A stretch of 64,000 nt of DNA from an uncultured Planctomycetota bacterium. Lineage in GTDB: Bacteria > Planctomycetota > Planctomycetia > Isosphaerales > Isosphaeraceae. Positions 42,328 to 55,876 of this stretch are shown here, piece by piece. The notes below the pieces were generated by a model. The model was given only the letters and a program-made list of their open reading frames with translations. It made no database searches and was not told the origin of the DNA. Location: the NCBI GenBank assembly GCA_963737655.1, contig CAVTTN010000002.1, positions 5,216,001 to 5,280,000 of the forward strand, given 5' to 3'. The position numbers were made by a program, and so were the translations under genes. Within the stretch, counting starts at the first letter, position 1. Every line of letters starts with the position of its first letter.

Positions 42328-43557
42328 ATGATGACCCGCCGAGATTTGCTCAAGGCGTCCCTGATCGCGATGGGGGCGCCGACGATCCCCGGGTTCCTCG
42401 CCTCGACGGCCCGGGCCGACTCGAAGGCCAATGACCGCGTCCTGGTGGTCGTCCAGCTCCTGGGCGGCAACGACGGTTTGAACACCGTGGTCCCCCACGG
42501 GTTCGACGGCTACTCCCGGGGCCGAAAGGCCCTCCGGCTGCCGACCGGCCAGCTTCACAAGATCACCCCGGAGATCGGCCTGCATCCGGGGATGGGCAAG
42601 ATGGCGAAGCTCCTAGAAGACGGCAAGCTGGCGATCTTGCAGGGGATCGGCTACCCCAACCCCGATCGCTCGCACTTCCGGTCGATGGAGATCTGGGAGA
42701 CCGCCCGGACGGAAACCGGGGCGCTCGAAACCGGGTGGCTCGGCCGGGCCCTGGACGCCTCCCCGGCCCCTCCGGGCGGCGACATCGCCGCTCTCCACGT
42801 CGGTTCGAGGCGCCTCCCCCTGGCGATGAAGGCGAAGGACAGCGACGTGCCGAGCCTGGAGACCCTGGAGCAGTACCGGCTGAAGGTCTCGGGCGACGAC
42901 GCCGAGAAGCGGAAGGCCCGGGAGGCGATCGACGGCGTGGCCCGGGTCGATCGCGGCGACGATCCCCTGCTCGGGTTCCTCCGCCGGAGCACCCTGGCGG
43001 CGTACGACTCCAGCAAGAGGCTCGAAGCCCTGGCGGCGAAGCCCTCGGGCGACTCGAAATATCCCAACTACGGGCTGGCGAAGCGGTTGGAGCTGATCGC
43101 CGGGATCGTCAAGGCGGGGTTCGGGACGCGGATCTATTACACGTCCCTGGATGGGTTCGACACCCACGCCAACCAGGCCAACGCCCACGCGGCCCTGCTG
43201 ACCGAGCTTTCCGACTCGGTCGAGGCGTTCCACAAGGACCTGGCCGGAGCCGGCCAGGGGGACCGCGTGGCGGTCCTGGCGTTCAGCGAGTTCGGCCGGA
43301 GGGTGGCGGAGAACGCCTCGGCCGGCACCGACCACGGCGCGGCGGCCCCGGTGTTCCTGGTCGGGCCGGTGGCGAAGGCCGGCCTGATCGGCGATCATCC
43401 GAAATTCGACGACCTGGACGACGGCGACCTGAAGCACCACACGGACTTCCGCCGGGTCTACGCCGGGTTGCTCGAAGGCTGGCTGGGGATGCCCAGCGAG
43501 CCGATCCTGGGGCCCGGGTTCCCCGCCTTGCCCCTCTTCACGACGAAGCTGGGCTAG
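42328..43557 (+). CDS. DUF1501 family protein, Tat-exported
   Basis: TRRDLLK, GGNDGLNTV, PDRSHFRS, GFDTH, SEFGRR, GTDHG. Confidence 0.92.
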   Translation: MMTRRDLLKASLIAMGAPTIPGFLASTARADSKANDRVLVVVQLLGGNDGLNTVVPHGFDGYSRGRKALRLPTGQLHKITPEIGLHPGMGKMAKLLEDGKLAILQGIGYPNPDRSHFRSMEIWETARTETGALETGWLGRALDASPAPPGGDIAALHVGSRRLPLAMKAKDSDVPSLETLEQYRLKVSGDDAEKRKAREAIDGVARVDRGDDPLLGFLRRSTLAAYDSSKRLEALAAKPSGDSKYPNYGLAKRLELIAGIVKAGFGTRIYYTSLDGFDTHANQANAHAALLTELSDSVEAFHKDLAGAGQGDRVAVLAFSEFGRRVAENASAGTDHGAAAPVFLVGPVAKAGLIGDHPKFDDLDDGDLKHHTDFRRVYAGLLEGWLGMPSEPILGPGFPALPLFTTKLG

Positions 43558-43585
43558 GGCCCGCCAGGAATCCGCCGAGGGCGCG

Positions 43586-43629
43586 AGGAAACCGCCGTCC
43601 CGGGCCTCGGGGCGGCGGTTCCTGGTTTG
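43586..43629 (+). terminator. Putative terminator hairpin
   Basis: aaccgccgtcccg / cggggcggcggtt stem after the DUF1501 stop; weak T tract. Confidence 0.4.
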
Positions 43630-43835
43630 TGGAGGGGCCGGAAGTCGGTTTCCCCCGCGAGTTTGCACGATTGGCCCTGGGTTTGCGGATTTGTTGAAGG
43701 GTCGATTCGGGTCGTCCGGCCTGGGGCGACCAAAATCGGCGCGTCCGGCGACCTTTCTTCGCGAAACGCTCGTAGGATTCGGGTAACCTTGACTTCACGA
43801 GACGCCGCAACGACCCGCTCCGCGGAGAGTCCGCA

Positions 43836-46322
<2,487 letters not shown>

Positions 46323-46353
46323 GCCCCCGATCGCCTCGAACCGATCGCAAGAA

Positions 46354-46391
46354 ACCGCCCACGCCCCGGCCTAACCCGGGGCGTGGGCGGT
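46354..46391 (+). terminator. Perfect 16-bp stem hairpin after the WxxGxW gene
   Basis: accgcccacgccccgg-cctaac-ccggggcgtgggcggt. Confidence 0.55.
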
Positions 46392-46530
46392 ACTTCGTCG
46401 AGTCCCCGCTCGCCTCCCGCGAACCCGGCGGAGGAGGGCCGCCGAGGGTTGTCCCCGGGCCTCGCCGTCGCTAGGGTGGTGGGGAAGTCGCCCCCTGAGC
46501 GGGGTAGGCCGGGCCCGAAAGACGACGACC

Positions 46531-46935
46531 ATGCACGTGGAATTCGTGATCGTGGGTGTCCCCGTCTCGAACCAGTCCGCGGGCAGTCCCGCCCTTCACG
46601 CGTGGCGGGCGGCCGTGGAAGCCGAGGCGAGGAAGACCTGGGCCGGTCCTCCGCTCATGGGTAAACTGAAGGCGGTTATCATCAACTTTCATACGGGGGA
46701 GAAGCCGTCACTTGACCTGGACAACATGTCCAAGCCGATCCTGGACGTCTTGCAAGACCTGGTCTACGACGATGATCGACAGGTCCGCCAGGCCGAACTC
46801 ACCCACGTACGGATCGATGCCCCATTCGTGTTTGTCGGGGCCTCCAAGCTCATCGTGGCCGCCGTGCAATCCGGCGGTGAGTTTGTCTATGTGAGGATCG
46901 AGGACCCGCTCGACCCGTTCCCATTACCCTCGTGA
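46531..46935 (+). CDS. RusA-like endonuclease
   Basis: G.PVS; DLDNMSKPILDVL..LVYDDDRQV matches the RusA DxDN..K...D...DD motif. Confidence 0.8.
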   Translation: MHVEFVIVGVPVSNQSAGSPALHAWRAAVEAEARKTWAGPPLMGKLKAVIINFHTGEKPSLDLDNMSKPILDVLQDLVYDDDRQVRQAELTHVRIDAPFVFVGASKLIVAAVQSGGEFVYVRIEDPLDPFPLPS

Positions 46936-47627
46936 TCTTCGTCATGGAATTCGAACAGGAACTGAATCGTCTGGCCGAGACCTATCGTGGCCGCGGCTAC
47001 GACGTGGGCGTGAGGCCCGGACCGGACCAACTCCCCGCGTTCGCCCGGGATTTCCGGGTCGAGATCGTCGGTCGTCGAGGGGCCGAGGGGGTCCTCGTCG
47101 CGGTCCGGAAGGACCGCGACGAGGTGGCGGCCGACGCCGACATGCAGCGATATGCCGAGACGACCGGGGCCCAACCGGGGTGGCGATTCGATTTCGCCAT
47201 CCTCGAATCCGAGCCTCCGAACCTTCGAGAAGGGCGAGGCGCGAAGGAGTTCTCCGAGGACGACATGACCCAGGCGCTGGAGCAAGCCCGGGAGCTCGCC
47301 CGCCTGGGCTTCACTCGGTTCGCGGTCGTCGCGGCCTGGGCCACCCTGGAGGCCGCCATGAGGATGCGGCTTCGGGCCTTCGGCCGGGACGCCGGTTGGG
47401 GGAGCCCGCCCCGACAGATGGCCAAGGAGCTGTTCTCGTCCGGGGCGCTGGCCCCGGACGAGTTCCGTCGAATCGACGACGTGTCCCGGCTTCGGAACCA
47501 GGTCGTCCACGGCTTCGCGCCGCCGCCCTCGGTGCCCGGGGAACCCGAGGCGGAGGTGGTCGAGTTCCTGAGCCAGGTCGCTCGCCGCCTCGTCCGCGAA
47601 TCCTCGCCCGCGGCCCAGTCGGCCTGA
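46932..47627 (+). CDS. AHJR-like REase domain plus HEPN-like C-terminal domain
   Basis: LAETYRGRGYDV...P..LPAF; AW..LEAAMR; RLRNQVVHG (Rx4H); GTGA overlap with the RusA-like stop. Confidence 0.6.
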   Translation: MIFVMEFEQELNRLAETYRGRGYDVGVRPGPDQLPAFARDFRVEIVGRRGAEGVLVAVRKDRDEVAADADMQRYAETTGAQPGWRFDFAILESEPPNLREGRGAKEFSEDDMTQALEQARELARLGFTRFAVVAAWATLEAAMRMRLRAFGRDAGWGSPPRQMAKELFSSGALAPDEFRRIDDVSRLRNQVVHGFAPPPSVPGEPEAEVVEFLSQVARRLVRESSPAAQSA

Positions 47628-47695
47628 GTGAGTCCGCGATCCGCCCGCTCGATCCCGGGCGCCCCGACGCGAGGGAACGAGGCTGACGGCTCGCC

Positions 47696-49279
47696 TCAGT
47701 GACGGAAATGCCTCCGGCCCGTGAGGACCATCGCCAGGCCGTTCTCGTCGCACGAGGCGAACGTCTCGGCGTCGCGCCGCGAGCCTCCGGGCTGGACGAT
47801 CGCCGTGACGCCCGCCTTCGCCGCGAGGTCCGGGCCGTCCCGGAACGGGAAGAAGGCGTCGGAGGCGAGCACCGCGCCCCTGGCCCGGTCTCCGGCCTTC
47901 TCGATCGCGATCTTGACCGAGTCCAGCCGGCTCATCTGGCCGGCGCCCACGCCCACGATCTGAGTCCCCTTCGCCAGGACGATCGCGTTGGACTTCACCG
48001 CCGAACAGACCTTCCACGCGAACGCCAAAGCCAGCCGCTCCTCGGCCGTCGGCGGCCGTTTCGTCGGGACGTCCCCGCCTGCCGAGACGTCGTCCTCCAC
48101 GCCGTCCCAGTCCTGGACGAGCAGGCCGCCCTCCACCCGTCTCAGGTCCAGCCCGGCCCGGTCGCTCGCCGAGGACGGCCCGATCGGCGCCTCGGTGGCG
48201 AGCAATCGCACGCTGTTCTTCCACGTCGGCTTGGTGGTCAGGAGCTCCATCGCCTCGGCCGAGAACCCGGGGGCGATGATGCATTCGAGGAACCGGCCCG
48301 GGACGACCATCCGCTCGGCCGTCGCTCGATCGACCTCGCGATTCACGCCCACGATCCCGCCGAAGGCGCTCACGGGGTCCCCTTCATACGCCAGCTCGAA
48401 CGCCTCGGACGGCGACCCGGCCACCGCCGCCCCGCACGGGTTGTTGTGCTTCAGGACCACGCTGGCCGGCTCCGCGAACAGCTTCAGGAGCCGGAGGGCC
48501 GAGTCCAGGTCGAGCAGGTTGTTGTACGAGAGCTCCTTGCCGTGGAGGATCTTGGCGTTCGCCAGGACGGCCCCCCTCGGCGACGGCTCGGCATAGAACG
48601 CCGCGTTTTGATGGGGGTTTTCCCCGTATCGGAGGACCTGCTGGCGCTCGAACTGGAGCGTCAGCTTCGTCGGGAATTCGTCGCGCTCCACCTGGCGGCC
48701 GAGATACTCGGCGATGGCGGCCTCGTAGCGGGCGGTCCGGCGGAAGACCTCCAGGGCCAGGCTTCTCCTCAGCTCCAGGGTCGTCCCGCTCAGGCGGGCG
48801 AGCTCGTCCAGGAGGGGGCCGTACTGGTCGGGCGAGGTGACCACGGCCACATGCTCATGATTCTTGGCGGCCCCTCGGAGGAGGCTCGGCCCGCCGATGT
48901 CGATGTTCTCGATCGCCTCCTCGAAGGTCGTCGCCGGGCGGGCGATGGTGGCCTCGAACGGGTAGAGGTTCACCACGACGAGGTCGATCGGCTCGATCCC
49001 CTGGGAGGCGAGGGCGGCCATGTCCTCGGGGACATCCCGGCGGGCGAGGATGCCGCCGTGGAGCTTCGGGTGGAGCGTCTTGACCCGGCCGCCGAGGATC
49101 TCGGGCTGGCCGGTGTACTCGGCCACCTCATCGACCTCGATCCCGGCCGCCTCCAGGGCCATCCGGGTCCCGCCGCTGGCCAGGAGATGCACGCCATGAC
49201 CGGCCAGCTCGCGGGCCAGCTCGATCAATCCAGTCTTGTCCGAGACGCTCAGCAAGGCCCGACGGATGGGTAAAATCAT
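47696..49279 (-). CDS. purH: Bifunctional AICAR transformylase/IMP cyclohydrolase
   Basis: ALLSVSDKTG, GRVKTLHP, ENIDIGGP, LRYGENPHQ, ASDAFFPF, TGRRHFRH. Confidence 0.97.
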   Translation of the reverse strand: MILPIRRALLSVSDKTGLIELARELAGHGVHLLASGGTRMALEAAGIEVDEVAEYTGQPEILGGRVKTLHPKLHGGILARRDVPEDMAALASQGIEPIDLVVVNLYPFEATIARPATTFEEAIENIDIGGPSLLRGAAKNHEHVAVVTSPDQYGPLLDELARLSGTTLELRRSLALEVFRRTARYEAAIAEYLGRQVERDEFPTKLTLQFERQQVLRYGENPHQNAAFYAEPSPRGAVLANAKILHGKELSYNNLLDLDSALRLLKLFAEPASVVLKHNNPCGAAVAGSPSEAFELAYEGDPVSAFGGIVGVNREVDRATAERMVVPGRFLECIIAPGFSAEAMELLTTKPTWKNSVRLLATEAPIGPSSASDRAGLDLRRVEGGLLVQDWDGVEDDVSAGGDVPTKRPPTAEERLALAFAWKVCSAVKSNAIVLAKGTQIVGVGAGQMSRLDSVKIAIEKAGDRARGAVLASDAFFPFRDGPDLAAKAGVTAIVQPGGSRRDAETFASCDENGLAMVLTGRRHFRH

Positions 49280-49364
49280 GTCCGCTGGATCAAATGCACC
49301 CACCGATCTCCGACCGGCGACGCGCGAGAAGGAATCGGAAAGCCGGCTCCGCCGGCCCGGGCCT

Positions 49365-49385
49365 GGTGCATTTCATGCACCCTAC
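49365..49385 (-). repeat. REP family A singlet
   Basis: ggtgcatttcatgcaccctac between coaD and purH. Confidence 0.92.
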
Positions 49386-49412
49386 AAGATGCGCCTCGTC
49401 CCGACAAGCCGC

Positions 49413-49910
49413 TCAGATCGCTCGCACCACCCGGATCTTGGCCAGGATCGGCTCGATCACCCCCTCCGGCACGAACTTGCTGAGCGACCCCTCGCCGCCG
49501 AGCGAGGCGATTTGCTTGATCAGCGTGCTGGAGATGTGCGAGTGCTCGCCGTCGGCCATCAGGAAGACCGTCTCGATCGTCGGGTCGAGCCTCTGGTTCG
49601 TCAGCGTCATGCTGAACTCGTATTCCATGTCGGAGAGCGTGCGGACCCCTCGCAAGATGATCCTCGCGCCGATCCGGCGGACGAAATTCACGGCGAGGTC
49701 GGCGAACGGCTCGACCGAGACGTTCGCATACGGGGCGACGACCTTCCTCGCCAGATCGACACGTTCATCAATATCGAACAGCATCGCCTTGTTCGGGTTC
49801 ACGCCGATGCCGACGACCAGATGGTCGAACAGGCGGGCGCCGCGCTCGATCACGTCGAGGTGGCCGAGCGTCAGGGGGTCGAACGTGCCGGTGAAGACGG
49901 CCGTCTTCAT
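49413..49910 (-). CDS. coaD: Pantetheine-phosphate adenylyltransferase
   Basis: GTFDPLTLGHLDVIER, RGVR...DMEYE, ISST. Confidence 0.96.
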   Translation of the reverse strand: MKTAVFTGTFDPLTLGHLDVIERGARLFDHLVVGIGVNPNKAMLFDIDERVDLARKVVAPYANVSVEPFADLAVNFVRRIGARIILRGVRTLSDMEYEFSMTLTNQRLDPTIETVFLMADGEHSHISSTLIKQIASLGGEGSLSKFVPEGVIEPILAKIRVVRAI

Positions 49911-51037
49911 GATTCGCCCAGGGCCTCCCGGAGCCGCCCGAGGTCGTCGTCATCGTTGTAAATATGGGCGCTGATCCGCACCTTGCCGCGACGGCACGCC
50001 AAAGCCACGCCCCGATCGCGGGCCCGGCGGACGAACCCATCGGGATCGACGCCCTTTTTCTCCAGGGGGACGATCCCCGACAAATCCTCCGGCCGATCCG
50101 ACCCGCAGACCGTCCAGCCGGCCGACCGGGCCGCCTCCCGGACGAGCGCGGCGCGGTCGAGGATCCGTTCCGAGACGGCCTCCTTGCCGATTTCGAGCAA
50201 CAATCCCAGGCTCGCCCCCAATGCCTGCAACCCCGGCATGTTCAGGGTGCCGCCCTCCCACCTCTGGGCGTTGGGCTTGAGCGTGAAGTCGATCCCCGGC
50301 GCGTTGTACGACCCGGTCACGCTGTGCCAGCCCACCCCCAGCGGCCTCAGCCGCTCGATCCACTCGCGGCGGACGTACAGCAGGCCCGCCCCCTCGGGCC
50401 CGAGCAGCCACTTGTGGCCGTCGGCGGCGAGGAAGTCGATCGGGGTTCTTGAAACGTCGATGGTGAGCGGCCCGAGGCCCTGGATCGCATCGACGAAGAA
50501 CGCGATCCCGCGGCTCCGGCAAAGCTCGCCCAGGACGTCCAGGTCATTGCGGAACCCGGAGGCGAACTCGACATGGCTGATCGTGAGCACTCGCGTCTTC
50601 GAGTCGATCGCCGAGGCGAGGTCCTCGACCCAGACCCGGCCGTCGCGGCTGGGGACCGTCCTCAGCTCGACCCCGCGATCCTTCAGGTTCATCCAGGGGT
50701 AAATGTTCGAGGGATATTCCTCGGCGGCGGTCACGACGTTGTCGCCGTCGGCCCAGGGGAAGCCTTCGGCGACGAGGCCGATCCCCTGCGTGGTGCTGTT
50801 GACGAAGGCGATCTCCTCCGCGAGGGCGCCGATCAATCGGGCCATGTCGCGGCGGAGCGTGTCGAGCTTGCGCTCCCACATCGGCCAGTGGACGACGCCA
50901 TGATGTTCCTGCTCGTCGGCCCAGGCGCGGACGGCGTCCCCCGAGCGTCGGGGCAGCGGGGAGACGGCGGCGTGGTCGAAGTACGCCCAGCGCTCGGTCA
51001 CGGGGAATTCCTGGAGGCGGAGGGCGTCCCAGTCCAT
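49907..51037 (-). CDS. Class V PLP-dependent aminotransferase / cysteine desulfurase-like
   Basis: YFDHAAVSP, VDAIQGLG, DGHKWLLGPEGAG, RIS.HIYN. Confidence 0.92.
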   Translation of the reverse strand: MDWDALRLQEFPVTERWAYFDHAAVSPLPRRSGDAVRAWADEQEHHGVVHWPMWERKLDTLRRDMARLIGALAEEIAFVNSTTQGIGLVAEGFPWADGDNVVTAAEEYPSNIYPWMNLKDRGVELRTVPSRDGRVWVEDLASAIDSKTRVLTISHVEFASGFRNDLDVLGELCRSRGIAFFVDAIQGLGPLTIDVSRTPIDFLAADGHKWLLGPEGAGLLYVRREWIERLRPLGVGWHSVTGSYNAPGIDFTLKPNAQRWEGGTLNMPGLQALGASLGLLLEIGKEAVSERILDRAALVREAARSAGWTVCGSDRPEDLSGIVPLEKKGVDPDGFVRRARDRGVALACRRGKVRISAHIYNDDDDLGRLREALGES

Positions 51038-51223
51038 CGCGGGCCTTTCGTCCTTCGGGGTCGATCGATGAGCCTTCCAGGGTAGCGGCGAGGGCGTCGG
51101 TCCGCCATCCCGGCAGGAATCGGCGGGCGATTTCGGATTGGTGATTGACACGCCCGGGGATTGGTTTACGGTATCAGGGGAAGGAACCGAGTGCCGCCGA
51201 ATGCGCCGAGGGGAGGCCGTCCC

Positions 51224-51767
51224 ATGCGTCTCGCCACCGTGGCCCTGATCGCCCTCTGGGTCGCCCTGCCCGACCCGGCGCCCGCCTCCGCCGACGACGG
51301 CCTCGCCTCGGTCGCCCGGGCCGAGCGGGCCCGGACGATCGAGAAGAGGAAAGAGAAGAAGGCCAAGGCCGCCCAGGCCCGCCGCTCGGCCGCCACCCGG
51401 ACCGGGCCCAGCAACCTCCCGCCGGCCAACGACCTCGGCGCCGTGATCCTGCGCCAATCAACAGGCCCGGGCGATGAGCTCCGGCTACAACCCGGCGATG
51501 GACCTGCTGAACTACCCGAGCCCGTCCCCCTCCGGCAACGCGGCCAGCCCGATGATGCCGGGCGTCTCGCCGTTCGGCTACGGCTCCGGGATCGTCTCGG
51601 GCTATTCGCTGACCCTCTCGCAGGCCGCCACGAACGGACAGTTCGTGGTCCCCAACGGAGGCGCGGTCCAGGGGTTCCAGGTGACCAACGGCACGCTCTC
51701 ACTCGTCCCCGGAGCGCCCGCCGCCGCCGCACCGGCCAGCCCGGTCACGATCAACCGGGGCAATTGA
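51224..51767 (+). CDS. Secreted hypothetical protein (frameshift near 51455)
   Basis: GGAGG SD; signal peptide ending ASA-DD; C-terminus in ORF 51474-51767; TTGACA at 51145 upstream. Confidence 0.5.
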
Positions 51768-51801
51768 GGCCCTCCCCCGACGCCGAGGCCGTCCGCCGAT
51801 C

Positions 51802-52017
51802 ATGACCAGACCCTCGCGACCGGTGATGGGGACGCTCCTGGCCCACGCCCTGGCGCTCTTCACCGCCACGATGCTGGGGGTCGCCTTCGGGGTGGCCCTC
51901 GGCGACGTGGCGATCGGCATCGCGCTGGGCGGGGGCTTCTACCCGGCCTTCCTGAGCCTGCCGACGACCAAACCCTCCAAGCCCGGGCCCGACCCGGAGG
52001 TGACCGGCGGCGGGTGA
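51802..52017 (+). CDS. Small membrane protein
   Basis: 71 aa, two hydrophobic segments. Confidence 0.5.
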   Translation: MTRPSRPVMGTLLAHALALFTATMLGVAFGVALGDVAIGIALGGGFYPAFLSLPTTKPSKPGPDPEVTGGG

Positions 52018-52044
52018 GACTCGTGACCGTCGGATTCGCCCGGC

Positions 52045-53182
<1,138 letters not shown>

Positions 53183-53190
<8 letters not shown>

Positions 53191-54433
53191 GAGGGGCCGC
53201 CTCCCGCCTCGGGCCGGAGGGCCTCCGCAACACGGCCGCCGCGAGGTGGCCGCCGAAGCCGATCGAGAGCTTCAGCGCGGCCCGGATCTCGCGGGCCTTG
53301 CCGACGTGCGGCGTGCCGTCGAGGTCGCACGCGGGGTCGGGGTCGTCGAGGTTCAGGGTGGGAGGGACGAAGCCGTCCCGGATGGCCAAACAGGTGATCG
53401 CCAGCTCGGCCGCCCCGGCGGCGCCGAGCAAATGGCCGATCTGCGGCTTGTTCGCCGAGCAGGAGATCGAATCCGCATGACCGCCGAACGCCGATCGGAT
53501 CGCCCGGCATTCCAGCGGGTCATTCTGGCGAGTCGCCGTCCCGTGGACGTTGACATGATCGATCTCGGAGGCGTCCACGTCGGCATTCGCCAGGGCCCGG
53601 CGGATCAGGTGGGCGAGGCCGGACGGATCGGGGTTCAAGTCGGTGAGATGATAGGCATCCGAGCCGAAGGCGCCGCCGGAGAACTCGGCATAGGGCAAGA
53701 CGCCGCGACCCCGGGCGTGCCCCTCGCGTTCGAGGACGAGGACGGCGGCCCCCTCGCCGGGGAGGAAGCCGGATCGGGCCCGGTCCCAGGGGCGGACGGC
53801 CCGGGCCGGGTCGCCCTCGACGCGGGCCAGGACCCTCATGTTGCGGAACGCGCCGAGGACCAGCGGATGGAGCGAGGCATCGGCGGCCCCCACGAGGGCG
53901 AGGTCGCAGGCGCCCAGGCGGATCAGGTCGGCGCCCTGGATCGCGGCGAGGACGCCCGAGGCGCACGCGGCGATCGGGGCGAGGCTCGGGCCCCGGAAAT
54001 CATGGACGTGCGAGATCCCGGCCGCCCAGGCGTCCGGCCAGGCCCCCCGCCAGCCCGAGGCGGCCGAAAGCGCCTCGGAACCCCCCTCGCGGAGCGACTT
54101 GTGGCCGAGAGCCAGGCGGACGAGGTCCCCCTTGCTCAGGGAGAGGACCGTGGCGACGCGGTCGCGGTCGATGTCGGATTCACGGCCGATCCCCGCGTCG
54201 GCGACGGCCTCCATCGCGGCCTTCCGCCCGTGCTCGCTCGGCCGATGGTCGCTGTGCCGGACCGGACACCCGACGAATTCGGAGGAGGCCGGGTCGAACT
54301 TCTCCCCGAGCCGCCGGAGGCCGCATTGCCCGCCCTTCAGCCCATCCCACGAGGGCTCTCGGCCTCCTCCCAGGCCCGTATAGAGGCCGATCCCGGTGAT
54401 CCAGACCCGCTCGGCGAGGCGCATCAGATCCAC
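53183..54433 (-). CDS. FabF/FabB-like beta-ketoacyl-ACP synthase
   Basis: AACASG, RPWDRARSGF..GEG, HVNVHGTAT.QND, KPQIGHLLGAAG, SIGFGG; overlaps the bioF start. Confidence 0.9.
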
Positions 54434-54435
54434 CT

Positions 54436-54581
54436 GTAGGGTGCATGAAATGCACCAGCCCGCGGCGGCCGTCCGGCCGCCTACCGCTCTCCGAACCTCG
54501 TCGCAGGGATGGAATGGACCCGGGGAGAAGGAGGGCGGGCGTGGCCCGCCGCGTCCGTCCGGTGCATTCCCTGCACCCTAC
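54436..54581. repeat. REP family A long REPIN
   Basis: 54436-54456 (+) and 54561-54581 (-); right-arm TAG is the bioB stop. Confidence 0.9.
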
Positions 54582-55542
54582 CTCGCCGGCCTCGGCCGCA
54601 ACCCCAGGGTCGCGAACATCCGGCGGTCGGCGTCGAGCTCGGGGTTCGCGGTCGTCAGGAGTTTTTCGCCGGCGAAGATCGAGTTGGCGCCGGCGAGGAA
54701 GCAGAGGGCCTGGTCCTGCTCGGTCATGTTCACGCGACCGGCCGAGAGCCGGACCATCGCCGTCGGCATCAGGATTCGCGCCGTGGCGATCATGCGGACC
54801 ATCTCCCAGATCGCCACCTTCGGCCGATCGGCCAGCGGGGTCCCCTCGACGGCCACCAAAGCGTTGATGGGCACGCTCTCGGGGGCTCGGGCAGGGAGGC
54901 GAGGGTGTGGAGCATGGCCACGCGGTCGTCGTCGGTCTCGCCGAGGCCGACGATCCCGCCGCAGCAGACCGAGATCCCGGCGTTGCGGACGTGCCCCAGC
55001 GTTTCCAAACGATCGTCATACGTTCTCGTGCGGATGATTTCGCCGTAATGCTCCGGGGACGTGTCGAGGTTGTGGTTGTAGGCGTCGAGCCCGGCGTCCT
55101 TGAGCTTCTCGGCCTGGTCGGGGGTGAGCATGCCGAGGGTGCAGCAGACCTCCAGGCCGCCGAGCGCCTTCACGCCCCGGACCATCTCCAGGACGCGGTC
55201 GAACTGGGCGTTGTCCTTGACCTCTCGCCAGGCCGCGCCCATGCAGAACCGGGTGGCGCCGCCGTCCCGGGCGTTCTTCGCGGCGGCGAGGACATTTTCG
55301 ACCTCCATCAGCGGCTCGGCCTTCACCGAGGTCGAATACCGCGCGGCCTGGGGGCAATACGCGCAATCCTCGGGGCAGCCGCCCGTCTTGACGCTCAGCA
55401 AGACGCAGACCTGGATCTCGCCCGGGTCGTGGTGGAGGCGGTGGACCGCGCCGGCCCGGGCGATCAGCTCCAGCAAGGGGGCATGGTAGATCTCGGCCAC
55501 TTCGGAACGGCTCGGGGGGGCGGTGGTCGCCGTCGTCATCAT
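54578..55542 (-). CDS. bioB: Biotin synthase (frameshift near 54880)
   Basis: [46 protein letters not shown]. Confidence 0.95.
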
Positions 55543-55582
55543 GCGAGGGGGTTCCGCTGCGGAGGGCTGAGTTTGGTTGGTG

Positions 55583-55664
55583 CTACATGACGGTGCATTT
55601 CATGCACCCTACATGACGGTGCATTTCATGCACCCTACATGACGGTGCATTTCATGCACCCTAC
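55583..55664 (-). repeat. Perfect tandem array, 3x 26-bp GTAGGGTGCATGAAATGCACCGTCAT plus terminal GTAG
   Basis: ctac-(atgacggtgcatttcatgcaccctac)x3. Confidence 0.96.
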
Positions 55665-55667
55665 GGG

Positions 55668-55876
55668 TCAGGACCTTCGGGAGGACTTGCAGATGACCAT
55701 GATGGCGATCCCGGCGAAGAGGCCCATCGCGAGGTAGCCGTAGAGGGGGTCTCCGCTGCTTTCTTCCTCGGCGCGACCGTGGCGGCGCCGTCCTGGGGCT
55801 GGGCGGAGGCGAAACCTGGGGCCAGCCCGGCGAGGAGGGCGGCGAGGGTCAGGGCCCGGGCGAATCGGCGGATCAT
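55668..55876 (-). CDS. Small protein with signal peptide and C-terminal TM (frameshift near 55772)
   Basis: MIRRFARALTLAALL...ASAQ then shifted frame EEESSGDPLYGYLAMGLFAGIAIMVICKSSRRS*. Confidence 0.6.

Noticed and set aside
49286..49303. Possible degenerate REP partner (aaatgcacc) at the purH start
   Set aside because: Only a 9-nt match with no GTAG; not counted.
55583..55664. Tandem repeat as a CRISPR array
   Set aside because: The 5-nt linkers are identical, there are no unique spacers and no cas genes; the unit is the REP.
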